Both the position numbers and the translations under genes were made by a program. This document shows, piece by piece, positions 40,366-50,672 of a stretch of 64,000 bases of DNA (positions are counted from its first letter, which is position 1; every line of letters begins with the position of its first letter). The stretch spans positions 1-64,000 of the forward strand of contig JBCBZT010000034.1 of assembly GCA_039815185.1 (NCBI GenBank), in the 5' to 3' direction. The notes under the pieces were generated by a model. The model was not told where the DNA came from and made no database searches. It was given only the letters and a program-made list of their open reading frames with translations. Origin of the DNA: Cyanobacteria bacterium P01_A01_bin.123. Lineage in GTDB: Bacteria; Cyanobacteriota; Cyanobacteriia; Phormidesmidales; Phormidesmidaceae.

Positions 40366-41800
40366 GCCTGTCTGTCTCCAGCCGTTCTAAAGAGGGTTCC
40401 AGCGGGACAATCAGGGTAAACGTAGACCCTTGTCCCAGTTCACTCGAAAGTTCTACTCGTCCACCATGGGCCTGGACGATGGCGCTCACAATTGAAAGCC
40501 CCAAACCCGCCCCTTCAAACTGACGGTTGTTGTTTGTGGCCCGCGCAAATCGGTCAAAGATTTTAGCTTGATCCGCCCGAGCAATACCCTCCCCCGTATC
40601 CCGCACCCAAAATCTGAGCAGGCCATTGGTTGCAATCGAACCCAGCGCAATCGTGTCGCCCGCTTGGGTGTGGCGCACCGCATTTTGAACCAGATTCATC
40701 ACCGCCTGGGAAAAGCGCTGTCGATCCATGACCACGGGATACAACCCCTTCGACTCTAGCTGCCAGTCACGCTCACAGGTCAGCGACCTGGCTTTGAAAT
40801 AAAGCTCCTCAGTCAACCAGTCAAGATCTTCAGGTTTGAGAATCAAAAAATCAGGTCGTTCAGCTTTGGTCAACAGCAATAAATCATTCACCATCCGATT
40901 CATCTGAGCCAGTTCATTCATGATCAGCGCGATCGTTTCTGGCTGCTTTTCCGGTCGATAGGGCAGTAATTCCAGTTGCCCTTGAATCACGGTAATCGGT
41001 GTCCGCAGTTCATGGCTCACATCTTTGAGAAACTCCTGTTGACTATCAAAGACAAACTGGAGTCGATCCAACATGTCATTGAACGTCGCTGCTGTCTCTG
41101 TGATTTCATCCGAACCCTGGATCGGAATCCGCTGGGCCATGTCAGACGCGGTAATTTTGCGTGCCGTTTGGTTCATCAGCCGCAGCGGCCTCAAGATACG
41201 GCCTGCCATAATCCAGGCAATGAGAAAGAATCCCCCCAGCACCAACGCTGAAACCTTTAGCACTAACCCCATCACCTCAGTCCCAGACTGATAGGCCGTG
41301 GTTGAATCGTGAATGGCAACAAACACCCCTTGAACCCCATCGGCGGTTACCAGCGGTTCTGCAACATAGAAAAAACGGTGCTCTGCGCTGATCATTCGCC
41401 GCCGCTGGGGGGCTTCGAGACTAGCCCATTGATCGATCAGATCAGGGTGCGGCTGCAATAGGTTGGGCAAAGACTGGTTAGCTGGGTAGCGTTGGCCGTT
41501 GATAAACGTCACGACAAATTCGTTCTCAGCTTGCACATAATTGGCCAAGATTTGATCGAAAAATGCGGTGACTTCGGCGTCGGTCGGTTGGCTTCTACTC
41601 AGCTGCTCTGCCGAACGTTGGAACCGCTCAACTTCCTCGACGAGGGAAGCCTCCGCGTGGCCATCAATGCGGTTGCAGTAAATTTGGCGCGTCATCCAAA
41701 CTGCAACACCAGTGGTGCAAACCGCCAGCAGAAAGTACCAAACTAAAAGACGAGCGCGGATATTGCGAAAATGCATAGACCACTCCGGCAATCGTTGCAT
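40322..41800 (-). CDS. HAMP sensor histidine kinase
   Basis: 2 TM, HAMP, VSHELRTP, NAVRH, DTGEG, GAGLGL. Confidence 0.94.
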   Translation of the reverse strand: MQRLPEWSMHFRNIRARLLVWYFLLAVCTTGVAVWMTRQIYCNRIDGHAEASLVEEVERFQRSAEQLSRSQPTDAEVTAFFDQILANYVQAENEFVVTFINGQRYPANQSLPNLLQPHPDLIDQWASLEAPQRRRMISAEHRFFYVAEPLVTADGVQGVFVAIHDSTTAYQSGTEVMGLVLKVSALVLGGFFLIAWIMAGRILRPLRLMNQTARKITASDMAQRIPIQGSDEITETAATFNDMLDRLQFVFDSQQEFLKDVSHELRTPITVIQGQLELLPYRPEKQPETIALIMNELAQMNRMVNDLLLLTKAERPDFLILKPEDLDWLTEELYFKARSLTCERDWQLESKGLYPVVMDRQRFSQAVMNLVQNAVRHTQAGDTIALGSIATNGLLRFWVRDTGEGIARADQAKIFDRFARATNNNRQFEGAGLGLSIVSAIVQAHGGRVELSSELGQGSTFTLIVPLEPSLERLETDRHESHPHRRRQSSHH

Positions 41801-41804
41801 GGGC

Positions 41805-42221
41805 CTATTCCTCAGAATACTGGGCTGTTCCAGTTGCGGCCACTCGACGTTCCAGACTCACTGGCCCAGAACCGTAAGCAACAACCATCAGCAGTCCACC
41901 GATGATGGCCAGATTTTTCATAAATTGAATCATCTGTGAGGCATCAGCGATGGGGTTATGAAACACCAGCGTGGCTGGAACTAAAAACAGCATTAGCAAT
42001 ACCGCACCGATACGGGCTTTGTATCCCAAAATGAGGGATGCTCCACCGGCAATCTCAAATGCGATCGTAAATACAGTCACTAGCGCAGCTAACGGAATCC
42101 CGACACTGGCAATCTGCTGCTGAGTACCTGCAAAGCCCCCTATCTTGGCAATGCCAGTGTGAATAAAGATCACGGCCAAAAAGGTTCTGCCGATTAGGGG
42201 GGTGAATTTTTGAGCATTCAT
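41805..42221 (-). CDS. DoxX family membrane protein
   Basis: GR.FLA.IF, E..GG..LILG, FMKNLAI.GGLL, G.GP.SL. Confidence 0.88.
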   Translation of the reverse strand: MNAQKFTPLIGRTFLAVIFIHTGIAKIGGFAGTQQQIASVGIPLAALVTVFTIAFEIAGGASLILGYKARIGAVLLMLFLVPATLVFHNPIADASQMIQFMKNLAIIGGLLMVVAYGSGPVSLERRVAATGTAQYSEE

Positions 42222-42279
42222 GGAAATTTCTCCAATTGCAATGACAAATGAACACAAACGAATAAGCCGCAAAGCGCTA

Positions 42280-43602
42280 TCAAGAAGTCACTTCAGATTG
42301 GGCTAAATGGGTTGGCTGTTGAGGGTTAACGGACGGAGCAGACAGAATGAGTCGAACCGTGCGATCGCGCAGCCCATAGCCATGCAGCCAGCTCAGCAGC
42401 ACCATCAAACGGTTGCGAAATCCGGGCAAATAGACCAGATGCACACTCAACCACAGCAGCCACGGTAAGAAACCCGTGAGTAGCAAGGGACCAATTTTGC
42501 CGACACCTGAGTAGCAGCCAATAATTGCTAGGCGTCCCTTATTCAGGTAGCTAAACGATTTGGGGGATTTGCCGCGCATTTGTCTGCTGATATTGCGCGC
42601 GACGGCCACCCCCTGCTGCAAAGCTTCTGGGGCAACGCCTGTGAGCGGCTTGCCATTCTGTTCAGCATGGGCCAAATCACCAATGGCATAGACATTGGCG
42701 TATTCATTGAGCTGCAATGTTGGCCGCACCCTGACCTTCTGTTTACGAGCGGTTTGGGGTGTAACAGAGGTTCCAGGCAGAGCTGCCTCCAATCCAGCAG
42801 CCCAAACGACCGTTCCTGTCGGTAGGGAAGTGCCATCCTGAAACTCAACCTGAGTTGGGGTGACACGACTGACCCGCGTTTGAAAATGAACTTTCACCCC
42901 AAGCTGGCGCAGTTTTCGGGTGGTATAGCGGCCCAGGCGCTCGGGCAGATTAACCAGGAGATTACTCCCCGACTGCACTAAGACAATCTGCATTTCCCTC
43001 AGATCAAGACCTGGGTAATCCTTTTTGAGCGCTTGCTTAAGCTCGACTAGCGTTCCTGCCACTTCAACGCCAGTGGGGCCGCCACCAACGATGACGACTG
43101 TTAGGAGCAATTGACGTCGGATCGGATCTGCCGCTTGGATGGCCTGCTCAAAGCGATGGAGAATGTGGTTGCGCAGCCCTACAGCCTGCTCTAACGTTCT
43201 CAGTGGAAAGGCATTTTCAGTGGCACCCGGTACACCCAGAAATTGGGTTTGACTACCCGTTGCTAGCACCAAATAGTCGTAAGGAATGACAGCCTTGTCC
43301 GTTTCGACCACTTGATGGGTGAAATCAACATGTTTGACCTCAGCCTTCAAAAAGTGGGTGTTAGCCGCACGACGTAAAATAGTGCGAATCGGATAAGCAA
43401 TGATTCCAGGTTCAATTTGAGCCGCTGCCACCTGATAGAGCAAGGGAATAAACGCATTGTAGTTATTGCGATCAATCACCCAGACTTCAGCACCACTCCT
43501 CGATAATGATTGAGCTGCCTGCATGCCGCCGAAGCCCGCACCGATGACAACAACGCTTGGGGGTTTTTGTGTAGTGCCCATGGTTTGTATGACCTGAATC
43601 AT
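42280..43602 (-). CDS. type II NADH dehydrogenase-like flavoprotein
   Basis: GAGFGG, PLLYQVA, GGGPTGVE, YAIGD, A.QQG. Confidence 0.9.
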   Translation of the reverse strand: MIQVIQTMGTTQKPPSVVVIGAGFGGMQAAQSLSRSGAEVWVIDRNNYNAFIPLLYQVAAAQIEPGIIAYPIRTILRRAANTHFLKAEVKHVDFTHQVVETDKAVIPYDYLVLATGSQTQFLGVPGATENAFPLRTLEQAVGLRNHILHRFEQAIQAADPIRRQLLLTVVIVGGGPTGVEVAGTLVELKQALKKDYPGLDLREMQIVLVQSGSNLLVNLPERLGRYTTRKLRQLGVKVHFQTRVSRVTPTQVEFQDGTSLPTGTVVWAAGLEAALPGTSVTPQTARKQKVRVRPTLQLNEYANVYAIGDLAHAEQNGKPLTGVAPEALQQGVAVARNISRQMRGKSPKSFSYLNKGRLAIIGCYSGVGKIGPLLLTGFLPWLLWLSVHLVYLPGFRNRLMVLLSWLHGYGLRDRTVRLILSAPSVNPQQPTHLAQSEVTS

Positions 43603-43653
43603 GGCCTAAATCGGTTTACGCTTTTGAGCATCGCAAATCATCGGGTATGCCAG

Positions 43654-43670
43654 GCTGAATCTAAGCTGAA
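43654..43670. promoter_or_regulatory. OmpR-type 11-bp direct repeat upstream of the ndh-doxX-TCS operon
   Basis: gctgaa-tctaa-gctgaa. Confidence 0.4.
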
Positions 43671-43716
43671 AAAAAATTCAGCTAGAGATGGGCCGACTGA
43701 TGAACGGGGTGCTGTT

Positions 43717-43732
43717 ACATTTCTGTGATATT
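43717..43732 (+). promoter_or_regulatory. 16-bp box shared with the rppA-like promoter
   Basis: acatttctgtgatatt, identical at 50602-50617. Confidence 0.65.
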
Positions 43733-43809
43733 CCTCTGCAACACTCATGGCAAGGGTTTAAGAGCATCAACGCTCATAACGACTGCCTAAGGATTTAGAG
43801 GGATATCCG

Positions 43810-45159
43810 ATGAGTTCTTCAGATTTAGATTCGGCCACGATCAACCGACCGATAGAACACAAACATCCGCCGATCGAGCACAAACAGCAGCATTACCAGG
43901 TTTCTCGATGGCTACCGTGGTTAGTGATGGCTACCTTAATTGGGGGGGGATTTGCTTGGTATTTTGTTCGCTTGGATGGTGTTGAGCGATCAGAGGCCGT
44001 CTCTCAAGAGCCCGCCCCGCGCCCTGTGGAGGTGACGAGATTAACGCCTGGAGATGGTGCTAGATCGGTTGAACTGATGGGTCAAGTCGAGGCTCGAACC
44101 AGTGCAACATTACGGTCTCAAACATCGGGTGTGGTACAGCAAATTCTCGTTGAGCCAGGCGATACCGTCAGCATTGGCGCGTCGGTGATTATTCTGGATG
44201 ATGCAGATCAGCGACTCGTTCTTTCAGAAGCACAAGCCAGTCTTGCCTCTGAGCGCAGCAATTTGGCTGAATTAGAAGCCGGTACTCGTCCTGAGATTAT
44301 TGCGCAGCGAAGCGCTGCATTGCAATCTGCTCAAGCCAGAGAGCAAGAAGCCACAGATAACCTCCAGCGGACTCAGGAATTAGTCAATCAGGGGGCGCTA
44401 TCTGAGCGATCGCTGATTGAAGCCAGAACCACCGTAGATGCTGCCCGAGCCGCGAGATTAGAAGCCTCCGCAACCCTAGCCGAGGCGACCGCAGGCCCAA
44501 CGGCTGAAGAAATTGAAGCCCAAAGAGCCACTGTTGCTGCGAATCAAGCAGCTGTCGATCAAGCTCAGCTGGGACTCAACCGCACCCGTCTTCTAGCGAC
44601 GACCAATGGCGTAGTGGAGTCTCGCGACGCCAATGTTGGCGACTATTTAGAGGTTGGTTCACCCGTGCTGTCTTTGATCAACCGTGATCAACTGGATGTG
44701 TTTTTAGACATCCCTGAAGAACTCACGGGTCAAATTACGCCGGGACTCACAGTTACTCTGACCGCACGGGCACTGCCAGAGTGGCAAGGTCAAGCCACGA
44801 TTGCTGGCACCATTCCCACTGCGGATGAAGCTTCCCGCCGGAAACAGGTGCGACTGCAGCTTGACGACCCCCCTGAGGGTTTGCTGTCAGGCATGTCTAT
44901 TCAAGGCACGCTGGCGCTTGCCAGCGATACCCCCAGTTTCACCATTACTCGCGATGCTTTAGTACAACGCGCTGAGGAATGGTTGGTTTTTGCGATTACC
45001 AATGGGCAAGCCCAAGCAATTGCAGTCGAGTTGATTGCTGACAATGGCGAAGACGTGGCAATTTTCTCAGATCAACTGCAAAACGGACAATCCATCGTGG
45101 TGCGCGGTTCAGAAGGTCTACAAGACGGTGCAGCCGTACAAATCACCACTGACGAGTAA
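43810..45159 (+). CDS. RND efflux membrane fusion protein
   Basis: TM, lipoyl-like halves (SGVVQQILVEPGD, NGVV), long helical hairpin. Confidence 0.92.
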   Translation: MSSSDLDSATINRPIEHKHPPIEHKQQHYQVSRWLPWLVMATLIGGGFAWYFVRLDGVERSEAVSQEPAPRPVEVTRLTPGDGARSVELMGQVEARTSATLRSQTSGVVQQILVEPGDTVSIGASVIILDDADQRLVLSEAQASLASERSNLAELEAGTRPEIIAQRSAALQSAQAREQEATDNLQRTQELVNQGALSERSLIEARTTVDAARAARLEASATLAEATAGPTAEEIEAQRATVAANQAAVDQAQLGLNRTRLLATTNGVVESRDANVGDYLEVGSPVLSLINRDQLDVFLDIPEELTGQITPGLTVTLTARALPEWQGQATIAGTIPTADEASRRKQVRLQLDDPPEGLLSGMSIQGTLALASDTPSFTITRDALVQRAEEWLVFAITNGQAQAIAVELIADNGEDVAIFSDQLQNGQSIVVRGSEGLQDGAAVQITTDE

Positions 45160-45224
45160 TCTACAGACCTCATCCCTTATCGCTCTCAGCTCCAATCGCA
45201 AACAATCCTCAAAATCCCATCCTC

Positions 45225-48200
45225 ATGAATCTGATTAAAACTGCCGTCCGCTGGCGACATGGGACCGCTGTTCTGTTCTGTTTGATCGCCTTATTCGGGG
45301 CGATCGCGCTGTTTAGCCTGCCTTCAGAGCTGCAACCCGGCGGCGATCGCCCTGAAATCACGATTACCACTCCCTATTCGGGAGCCAGCCCGACAGAGGT
45401 AGAAAATCTGGTCACTCGCCCGATTGAAGAACGCATGGAGGAAGTTGAAGGGGTCCAAGACATTAGCAGCACCAGCCGGTTGGGCGTCAGCACCATCAGT
45501 CTTGAATTTGATTGGGAGACTGACGTTGACGAACGCTTCGTAGACGTACTGAGTAAGCTACAACAGGTCGGTTCGTTGCCCCTAGAAGCCGATGAATCAG
45601 ATGTAGAAGTGGTCAGCGGCAGCAGTAGCCCTATGATGTGGGTAATCTTGACGCCCCAAGACGGATTTACGGCCAATGATTACCATTACCGCGATTTAGT
45701 CGATGACGTGGTGGTTCCCCGGTTTCGACAGGTGGAAGGGGTAGGGCAGTTTTTGGTATCAGGTGGGCGGGAACGAGAAGTAGAGGTAGTCGTCGATCCG
45801 CGCGCCCTTGCCGATCGCAACCTCACCATTGGCGATGTGGTCAATGCCTTGCGAGAGAACAATCGTGACATCCGCAGTGGCCCCCTCGTCTTGGGGCGGC
45901 GGGAATATCGCGTCCGCACCGTGAGTCGTTCAAATGACGTTGAGCAACTTGAAACCTTCATCCTGCGACGGGATGGGTCTGGAACGGTCTATTTGGGCGA
46001 TGTTGCCCAAGCCCAACTCGGGCGCAGGATTCAAGACCGGGCACTGATTCGCGATGGTGAACCGGCTGTTGCCGTGGGCATTATTCGTCAGGTCGGGGGG
46101 AATGTGCCAGAAATTTCCCAGGGCATTCGCACTGCGCTAACTGAGCTCGAAGCCCGCTTTGATCGAGAGGGTGAAGGGATCGCATTTGATATTCCCTATG
46201 ACGAGAATGACTATATCAATCAGTCCATCTCATTTGTTCAAGGCAACTTAATAGTGGGGGCTATTCTGGCGTCGTTGATGCTGCTCCTGTTCCTAGGGTC
46301 ACTGCGCACTGTTGCGGTGATCGCCATTACGATTCCCACCACCTTAATCGCGGTGTTTATTGTGTTTGCTGCCCTGGGGCGATCGCTCAACGTGATCAGC
46401 CTGGCAGGACTGGCCTTCGCCGTTGGCATGGTCGTAGACAATGCCATTGTGGTGCTTGAGAGTGTATTCACCCACATACAGCAGCAAAAGTCGCCTGTAC
46501 AGGCGGCTATCGAAGGTACTCAAGAAGTAGGGGGAGCCATGCTGGCCTCAACCCTCACGACGATTGCAGTCTTTGCCCCCATTGTGTTGGTTAAAGGCGA
46601 AGCAGGTCAGCTGTTCTTTGACATCGGCATTGCCCTATCGGCCTCCGTCCTATTTTCACTATTTGCGGCCCTGACGCTGGTTCCCATGCTGTCGGGGCTG
46701 TTCCTCAATCAAGCCGAAGCCCAGCGCATGCTGCTGGATCAGGTTTACCAACAAGGCAACTGGTTTGAACGATGGGTGACTCAGACGTCCGGTGTGTTTC
46801 GTCTGATGCAAGGTCGTCTAGAACAGGGACTGCTGGGAACCGTTGGTTGGTCATTGGGCGCGGGTCGCCAAGGGAGGCGTCTCATGGTTCTGGCGATTCC
46901 CCTGTGCTTATTGGTCGTGAGTACGCGTCTGTTGCCTGCACCGGACTATCTGCCTGAAGGCAATCGCAACTTGGTTTTGTGGTTGGCAGGGCCATTCCCT
47001 GGCACAAGTATCCCAGAAGCGATCGCCCTATCTGAGGAACCGCGTCAATTTGTGGCAGAACAGCCCGGCGTGATCCGAACCATCTATGTGCATCGTCCAG
47101 GATTACAGGCAGTCGCCGCGTTTCTCGATCCAGATGAAGCGACTGGGCGCAATCTAGATAGTATGGTCAATCGGATGCGGGGGACCAGTGCCAACTATCC
47201 GGGCTACCGCTTCCTCGTACCGCGACGGGTACCCATCTTTCGCGACCCAGGCAAGGAATTTGAAGTCCAGATCATCGGTGAAGATTTAAACCAGCTTAAC
47301 CAGCTCCAGCAGGGCGTCAGCGACCAGTTGCGATCGCTGGGTGGGGTGCAAAACGTGCGGTCAAACTTTGTGATGGGGGCACCAGAACTGCAAGTCATCC
47401 CCAATCGAGAACGGTTAGCCGAAGCCGGCCTATCTGAACTTGAGGTGGGCACCCTGGTGGAAGCCGCACTCGGCGGGGTGCGCGCCTCGGAATTTGTCGA
47501 TGGGCGTCGAGAACTTGACGTCACGGTGGAGCTACAGGACACTGCCGTACAATCACCCGAGCAGCTTCGGCAGTTGGCATTATTCAGCAACGATGGATTT
47601 CCCCTCCAGCTGACTGATGTTGCCGAGGTGGTAGAAACGACAGGCCCGGATGCGATTAACCGCGTTAATCTAGAACGATCGGTCACGCTGACGGTGAGCG
47701 TGGCGAGGGAAGTTCCCTTGGGGGCATTGCTGCAGCAAACCGAACAGCAAATTCTCGAACCGCTGCGGGAGTCGCTGCCGGCGGGCTCTCGGATCGAGCT
47801 AGCAGGGTCTGCAGATGTCCTTACCGAGACCTTGTTGCAGTTGGGGCAAGCGTTTCTCCTATCGCTGGTGATCACTTACCTGTTGCTGGTGGCACTGTAT
47901 CGATCGTTCATCTATCCCATGGTGATTATGGTGACCGTGCCAATGGGCATGACCGGAGCCGTCTTAAGCCTGGTGGGGGTCAATCTCATTCCCGGCGTTG
48001 TGGTTCCCCTCGACCTGATCACGGGATTGGGTTTTGTGATTCTGACGGGGGTTGTGGTTAACAATGCGATTCTCTTGGTTGATCGCACCCTGCAACTCCA
48101 AAGTCAAGAACACTATGGGTTAGATGAGGCCCTTTATCATGCAGTGCGCGATCGCCTCCGCCCCATCTTCATGTCAGCCGGAACAAGTGTTTTAGGCATG

Positions 48201-48461
48201 TTGCCCCTGGCGGTTTTTCCGGGCAAAGGGGCCGAACTCTATCAAGGGTTGGGGATTGCCTTAAGCGGTGGCTTAGCACTCTCAACACTGCTGACGCCAA
48301 CAGTGGTGCCTGCTGTGATGCGGTTATTAAGCGATTTCTCTCAAGGTCAACCCCGCCGCCCTAACGCGGCACTTAAAGACCCTCCGATTTCAACAACACC
48401 CGAGCCAGCTCTGACAAGCGTTGCTGGCGATCATCACCACTCCAATGGCAAAACGCCCTAA
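45225..48461 (+). CDS. RND efflux permease (AcrB/CzcA family)
   Basis: GMVVDNAIVVLE, GVVVNNAIL, RLRPIFM. Confidence 0.95.
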   Translation: MNLIKTAVRWRHGTAVLFCLIALFGAIALFSLPSELQPGGDRPEITITTPYSGASPTEVENLVTRPIEERMEEVEGVQDISSTSRLGVSTISLEFDWETDVDERFVDVLSKLQQVGSLPLEADESDVEVVSGSSSPMMWVILTPQDGFTANDYHYRDLVDDVVVPRFRQVEGVGQFLVSGGREREVEVVVDPRALADRNLTIGDVVNALRENNRDIRSGPLVLGRREYRVRTVSRSNDVEQLETFILRRDGSGTVYLGDVAQAQLGRRIQDRALIRDGEPAVAVGIIRQVGGNVPEISQGIRTALTELEARFDREGEGIAFDIPYDENDYINQSISFVQGNLIVGAILASLMLLLFLGSLRTVAVIAITIPTTLIAVFIVFAALGRSLNVISLAGLAFAVGMVVDNAIVVLESVFTHIQQQKSPVQAAIEGTQEVGGAMLASTLTTIAVFAPIVLVKGEAGQLFFDIGIALSASVLFSLFAALTLVPMLSGLFLNQAEAQRMLLDQVYQQGNWFERWVTQTSGVFRLMQGRLEQGLLGTVGWSLGAGRQGRRLMVLAIPLCLLVVSTRLLPAPDYLPEGNRNLVLWLAGPFPGTSIPEAIALSEEPRQFVAEQPGVIRTIYVHRPGLQAVAAFLDPDEATGRNLDSMVNRMRGTSANYPGYRFLVPRRVPIFRDPGKEFEVQIIGEDLNQLNQLQQGVSDQLRSLGGVQNVRSNFVMGAPELQVIPNRERLAEAGLSELEVGTLVEAALGGVRASEFVDGRRELDVTVELQDTAVQSPEQLRQLALFSNDGFPLQLTDVAEVVETTGPDAINRVNLERSVTLTVSVAREVPLGALLQQTEQQILEPLRESLPAGSRIELAGSADVLTETLLQLGQAFLLSLVITYLLLVALYRSFIYPMVIMVTVPMGMTGAVLSLVGVNLIPGVVVPLDLITGLGFVILTGVVVNNAILLVDRTLQLQSQEHYGLDEALYHAVRDRLRPIFMSAGTSVLGMLPLAVFPGKGAELYQGLGIALSGGLALSTLLTPTVVPAVMRLLSDFSQGQPRRPNAALKDPPISTTPEPALTSVAGDHHHSNGKTP

Positions 48462-48577
48462 GCATTCACCCCATCCGATTTGAAAACTGGAGTTTTTAGC
48501 TTAGAAGATTTTAGTTTAGAGAAAACGATAGCTCTGGATATGGCTAAGGTTTAAACCAATTACAAGGAAGGTTTTTT

Positions 48578-49141
48578 ATGCACAAGTTTCATCAATCACC
48601 GGGACTCAAAGCTGCTGATATATCCTTAGCCTACGCCTTGCTGCGGATCATCATCGGCATCAACTTTTTCAACCACGGCTTTACTCGCCTAGACAACATT
48701 CCCGGTTTCACAAATGCGATGGTAAGCGCTATGGAGGGGGCATGGATGCCGGAGCCTCTCGTGAGAATAACCGCCTTTCTGGTGTCTCCAGTCGAGCTGA
48801 TTGCCGGTCTTTTCCTAATTTTAGGTTTATTTACAAGAGCTGCTTTAATGGCCACCTTTGTCTTGATGGCGATTCTCATGTACGGCGTCACCATTGTGCA
48901 AAACTGGGATGCCGCTTCTAGCCAGCTGATCTATAACCTAGTGCTGTTCATTCTATTAGCTGGTTTAGGTTACAACCGCTTTGCCCTAGACAACGTTTTC
49001 TTTAGCGACGATCGCACTCAAGCATCCAACGCTTCCGAAGAGCGCCCCGTCCAAGAGGTCAAGGGCTTCAGGCGTTTCAGGTTGGGTCAACAAAACCGTC
49101 AGCGCAAGTATGGGATTTTACCTTCTAGATTGAAGCAATAA
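48578..49141 (+). CDS. DoxX family membrane protein
   Basis: LLRI..G.NFF.HG, E...G..LILGLFTR. Confidence 0.82.
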   Translation: MHKFHQSPGLKAADISLAYALLRIIIGINFFNHGFTRLDNIPGFTNAMVSAMEGAWMPEPLVRITAFLVSPVELIAGLFLILGLFTRAALMATFVLMAILMYGVTIVQNWDAASSQLIYNLVLFILLAGLGYNRFALDNVFFSDDRTQASNASEERPVQEVKGFRRFRLGQQNRQRKYGILPSRLKQ

Positions 49142-49205
49142 TCCACCGCTGATCTTACCTTTTGTTTTTGGCCTCTCTATCGATTCATTAAACAACAATA
49201 GATCC

Positions 49206-49910
49206 ATGCCAATTAATATTTTATTAGCCTCAAATGATTCCGCTTTAGTACCGCTAATTGAAACCGAATTTCGCTATGAAGGCTATCAAGTCACTGTCAA
49301 AAATGACGGTGCCTCAGGCCTGATTGAACTTCGTGAGTCGCAACCTGATTTAGCCATTTTGGATATGGCCTTGCCTATGCTATCAGGGCTAGAGATTTGT
49401 CGTAGATTGCGAACGACTCGCCAAGAAATTCCCATTATTTTGCTGGATCAAAATCAGGAAAACAACTGCGCGATCGCGCTAGATTCAGGCGCCGATGATT
49501 ATTTAGCTCGTCCCATCAGTATAGAAGAGCTAACGGCTCGCGTACGATTGCATCTACGTCGGTGCCGTCGCGATCAGCCAGACCCTTTAATTTTCCAAGA
49601 CTTGCGAATTGATCTGCAAACGCGGGAGGTTTGGCGAGGTCATCGCCCCATCCAACTGACGCCTAAAGAATTTGATTTACTGGTCTATCTGATCTCGCAT
49701 CCCCGTCAGGTATTGTCCCGCGATCGCCTCATGGATGAAGTGTGGGGTTATGACTTCATCGGAGATTCTAATGTTCTGCATGTCTACATTCGTTGTCTAC
49801 GCCTAAAATTAGAGGCCAATCGTGAACGGCGATTAATTCATACGATTCGAGGCGTCGGTTACGTGCTGCGAGAAGCCTTCGCAAAGCAGCATGCATTGAA
49901 AATTGTTTAA
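49206..49910 (+). CDS. OmpR family regulator with atypical receiver
   Basis: wHTH intact; receiver has ASND, LLDQ and ARP in place of EDD, LTA and KP. Confidence 0.85.
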   Translation: MPINILLASNDSALVPLIETEFRYEGYQVTVKNDGASGLIELRESQPDLAILDMALPMLSGLEICRRLRTTRQEIPIILLDQNQENNCAIALDSGADDYLARPISIEELTARVRLHLRRCRRDQPDPLIFQDLRIDLQTREVWRGHRPIQLTPKEFDLLVYLISHPRQVLSRDRLMDEVWGYDFIGDSNVLHVYIRCLRLKLEANRERRLIHTIRGVGYVLREAFAKQHALKIV

Positions 49911-49945
49911 GAGATTGCTTTAAAGGTGTCGATGGTTACCTGAGC

Positions 49946-50014
49946 CGCCCCCCTGCCCCCCAATTCTGGGGGGTTCTGAGTTTAGTCCCCCAGAATTGGG
50001 GGATTCAGGGGGCG
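49946..50014. repeat. cyanobacterial short dispersed palindromic repeat
   Basis: cgcccccctg..ccccaattctggggg ... cccccagaattggggg..cagggggcg. Confidence 0.75.
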
Positions 50015-50072
50015 AATGCAGCACATTTGGGACTTCTCAAACAACCTCTAACCAAAATCACACCTATACAGA

Positions 50073-50486
50073 TCAGGGGTTGCGAACCTTGTAATAAATC
50101 AGACGTTGAACCTCTGGCAAAGGTATCTTCAATTCTTGAGCGATCGCCTGTTCAATCTCGGGGGGGGCAATCAGGGCAAACTGAAACTCACGCTCCAGGA
50201 GATTGGGATCATCTGAAATAACTTCAGCTACTGAGAGCCCCGATGCCTGATAGATTTTGACCTGGATAGCAGATATCTGGCTAATGGCTATGTTTTCAGG
50301 TTGGATATTGGCGACAAAATAGCGTGGCGTCTGGTAAGCACGATTCAAAATTCGCAGGGTTACCAGTTGGCCAACCGTCCAAAAGCTAAACCCTAATGCT
50401 AACAATGACAGCCACAGCCGAAGACGGCTCAAAGTTGAAAACCCAGAACGCAATGCTTTTAACGGTCGTGCAACAGACTGCCACAT
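50073..50486 (-). CDS. hypothetical membrane-anchored protein
   Basis: one TM; divergent from the TCS. Confidence 0.65.
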   Translation of the reverse strand: MWQSVARPLKALRSGFSTLSRLRLWLSLLALGFSFWTVGQLVTLRILNRAYQTPRYFVANIQPENIAISQISAIQVKIYQASGLSVAEVISDDPNLLEREFQFALIAPPEIEQAIAQELKIPLPEVQRLIYYKVRNP

Positions 50487-50601
50487 ACCAAACCTTAGGA
50501 GACCTATCAGTTCGTTTCTGGCTAGCTATTCACGTCTAGGCTAGCCTTCCTTAATAATCTTGCAAACCCTATATTGAGAATACTCGGTATTTTGGCGCAT
50601 C

Positions 50602-50617
50602 ACATTTCTGTGATATT
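50602..50617 (+). promoter_or_regulatory. putative autoregulatory box of the TCS
   Basis: identical to 43717-43732. Confidence 0.65.
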
Positions 50618-50672
50618 TACCCGTCAGACTAATCTGTAATAGCTTCTACGTATGTGACCTGGGGTATTGCCG

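Noticed and set aside
43845..43887. 21-bp near-tandem duplication (PIEHKH/PIEHKQ) in the MFP N-terminus
   Set aside because: Small in-frame duplication in a disordered cytoplasmic tail; little functional implication
47204..47875. 223-aa antisense ORF and similar shadow ORFs (e.g. 314-697, 10384-10776, 18878-19306, 36396-36719)
   Set aside because: Fully overlap well-supported genes; composition typical of antisense or alternative frames
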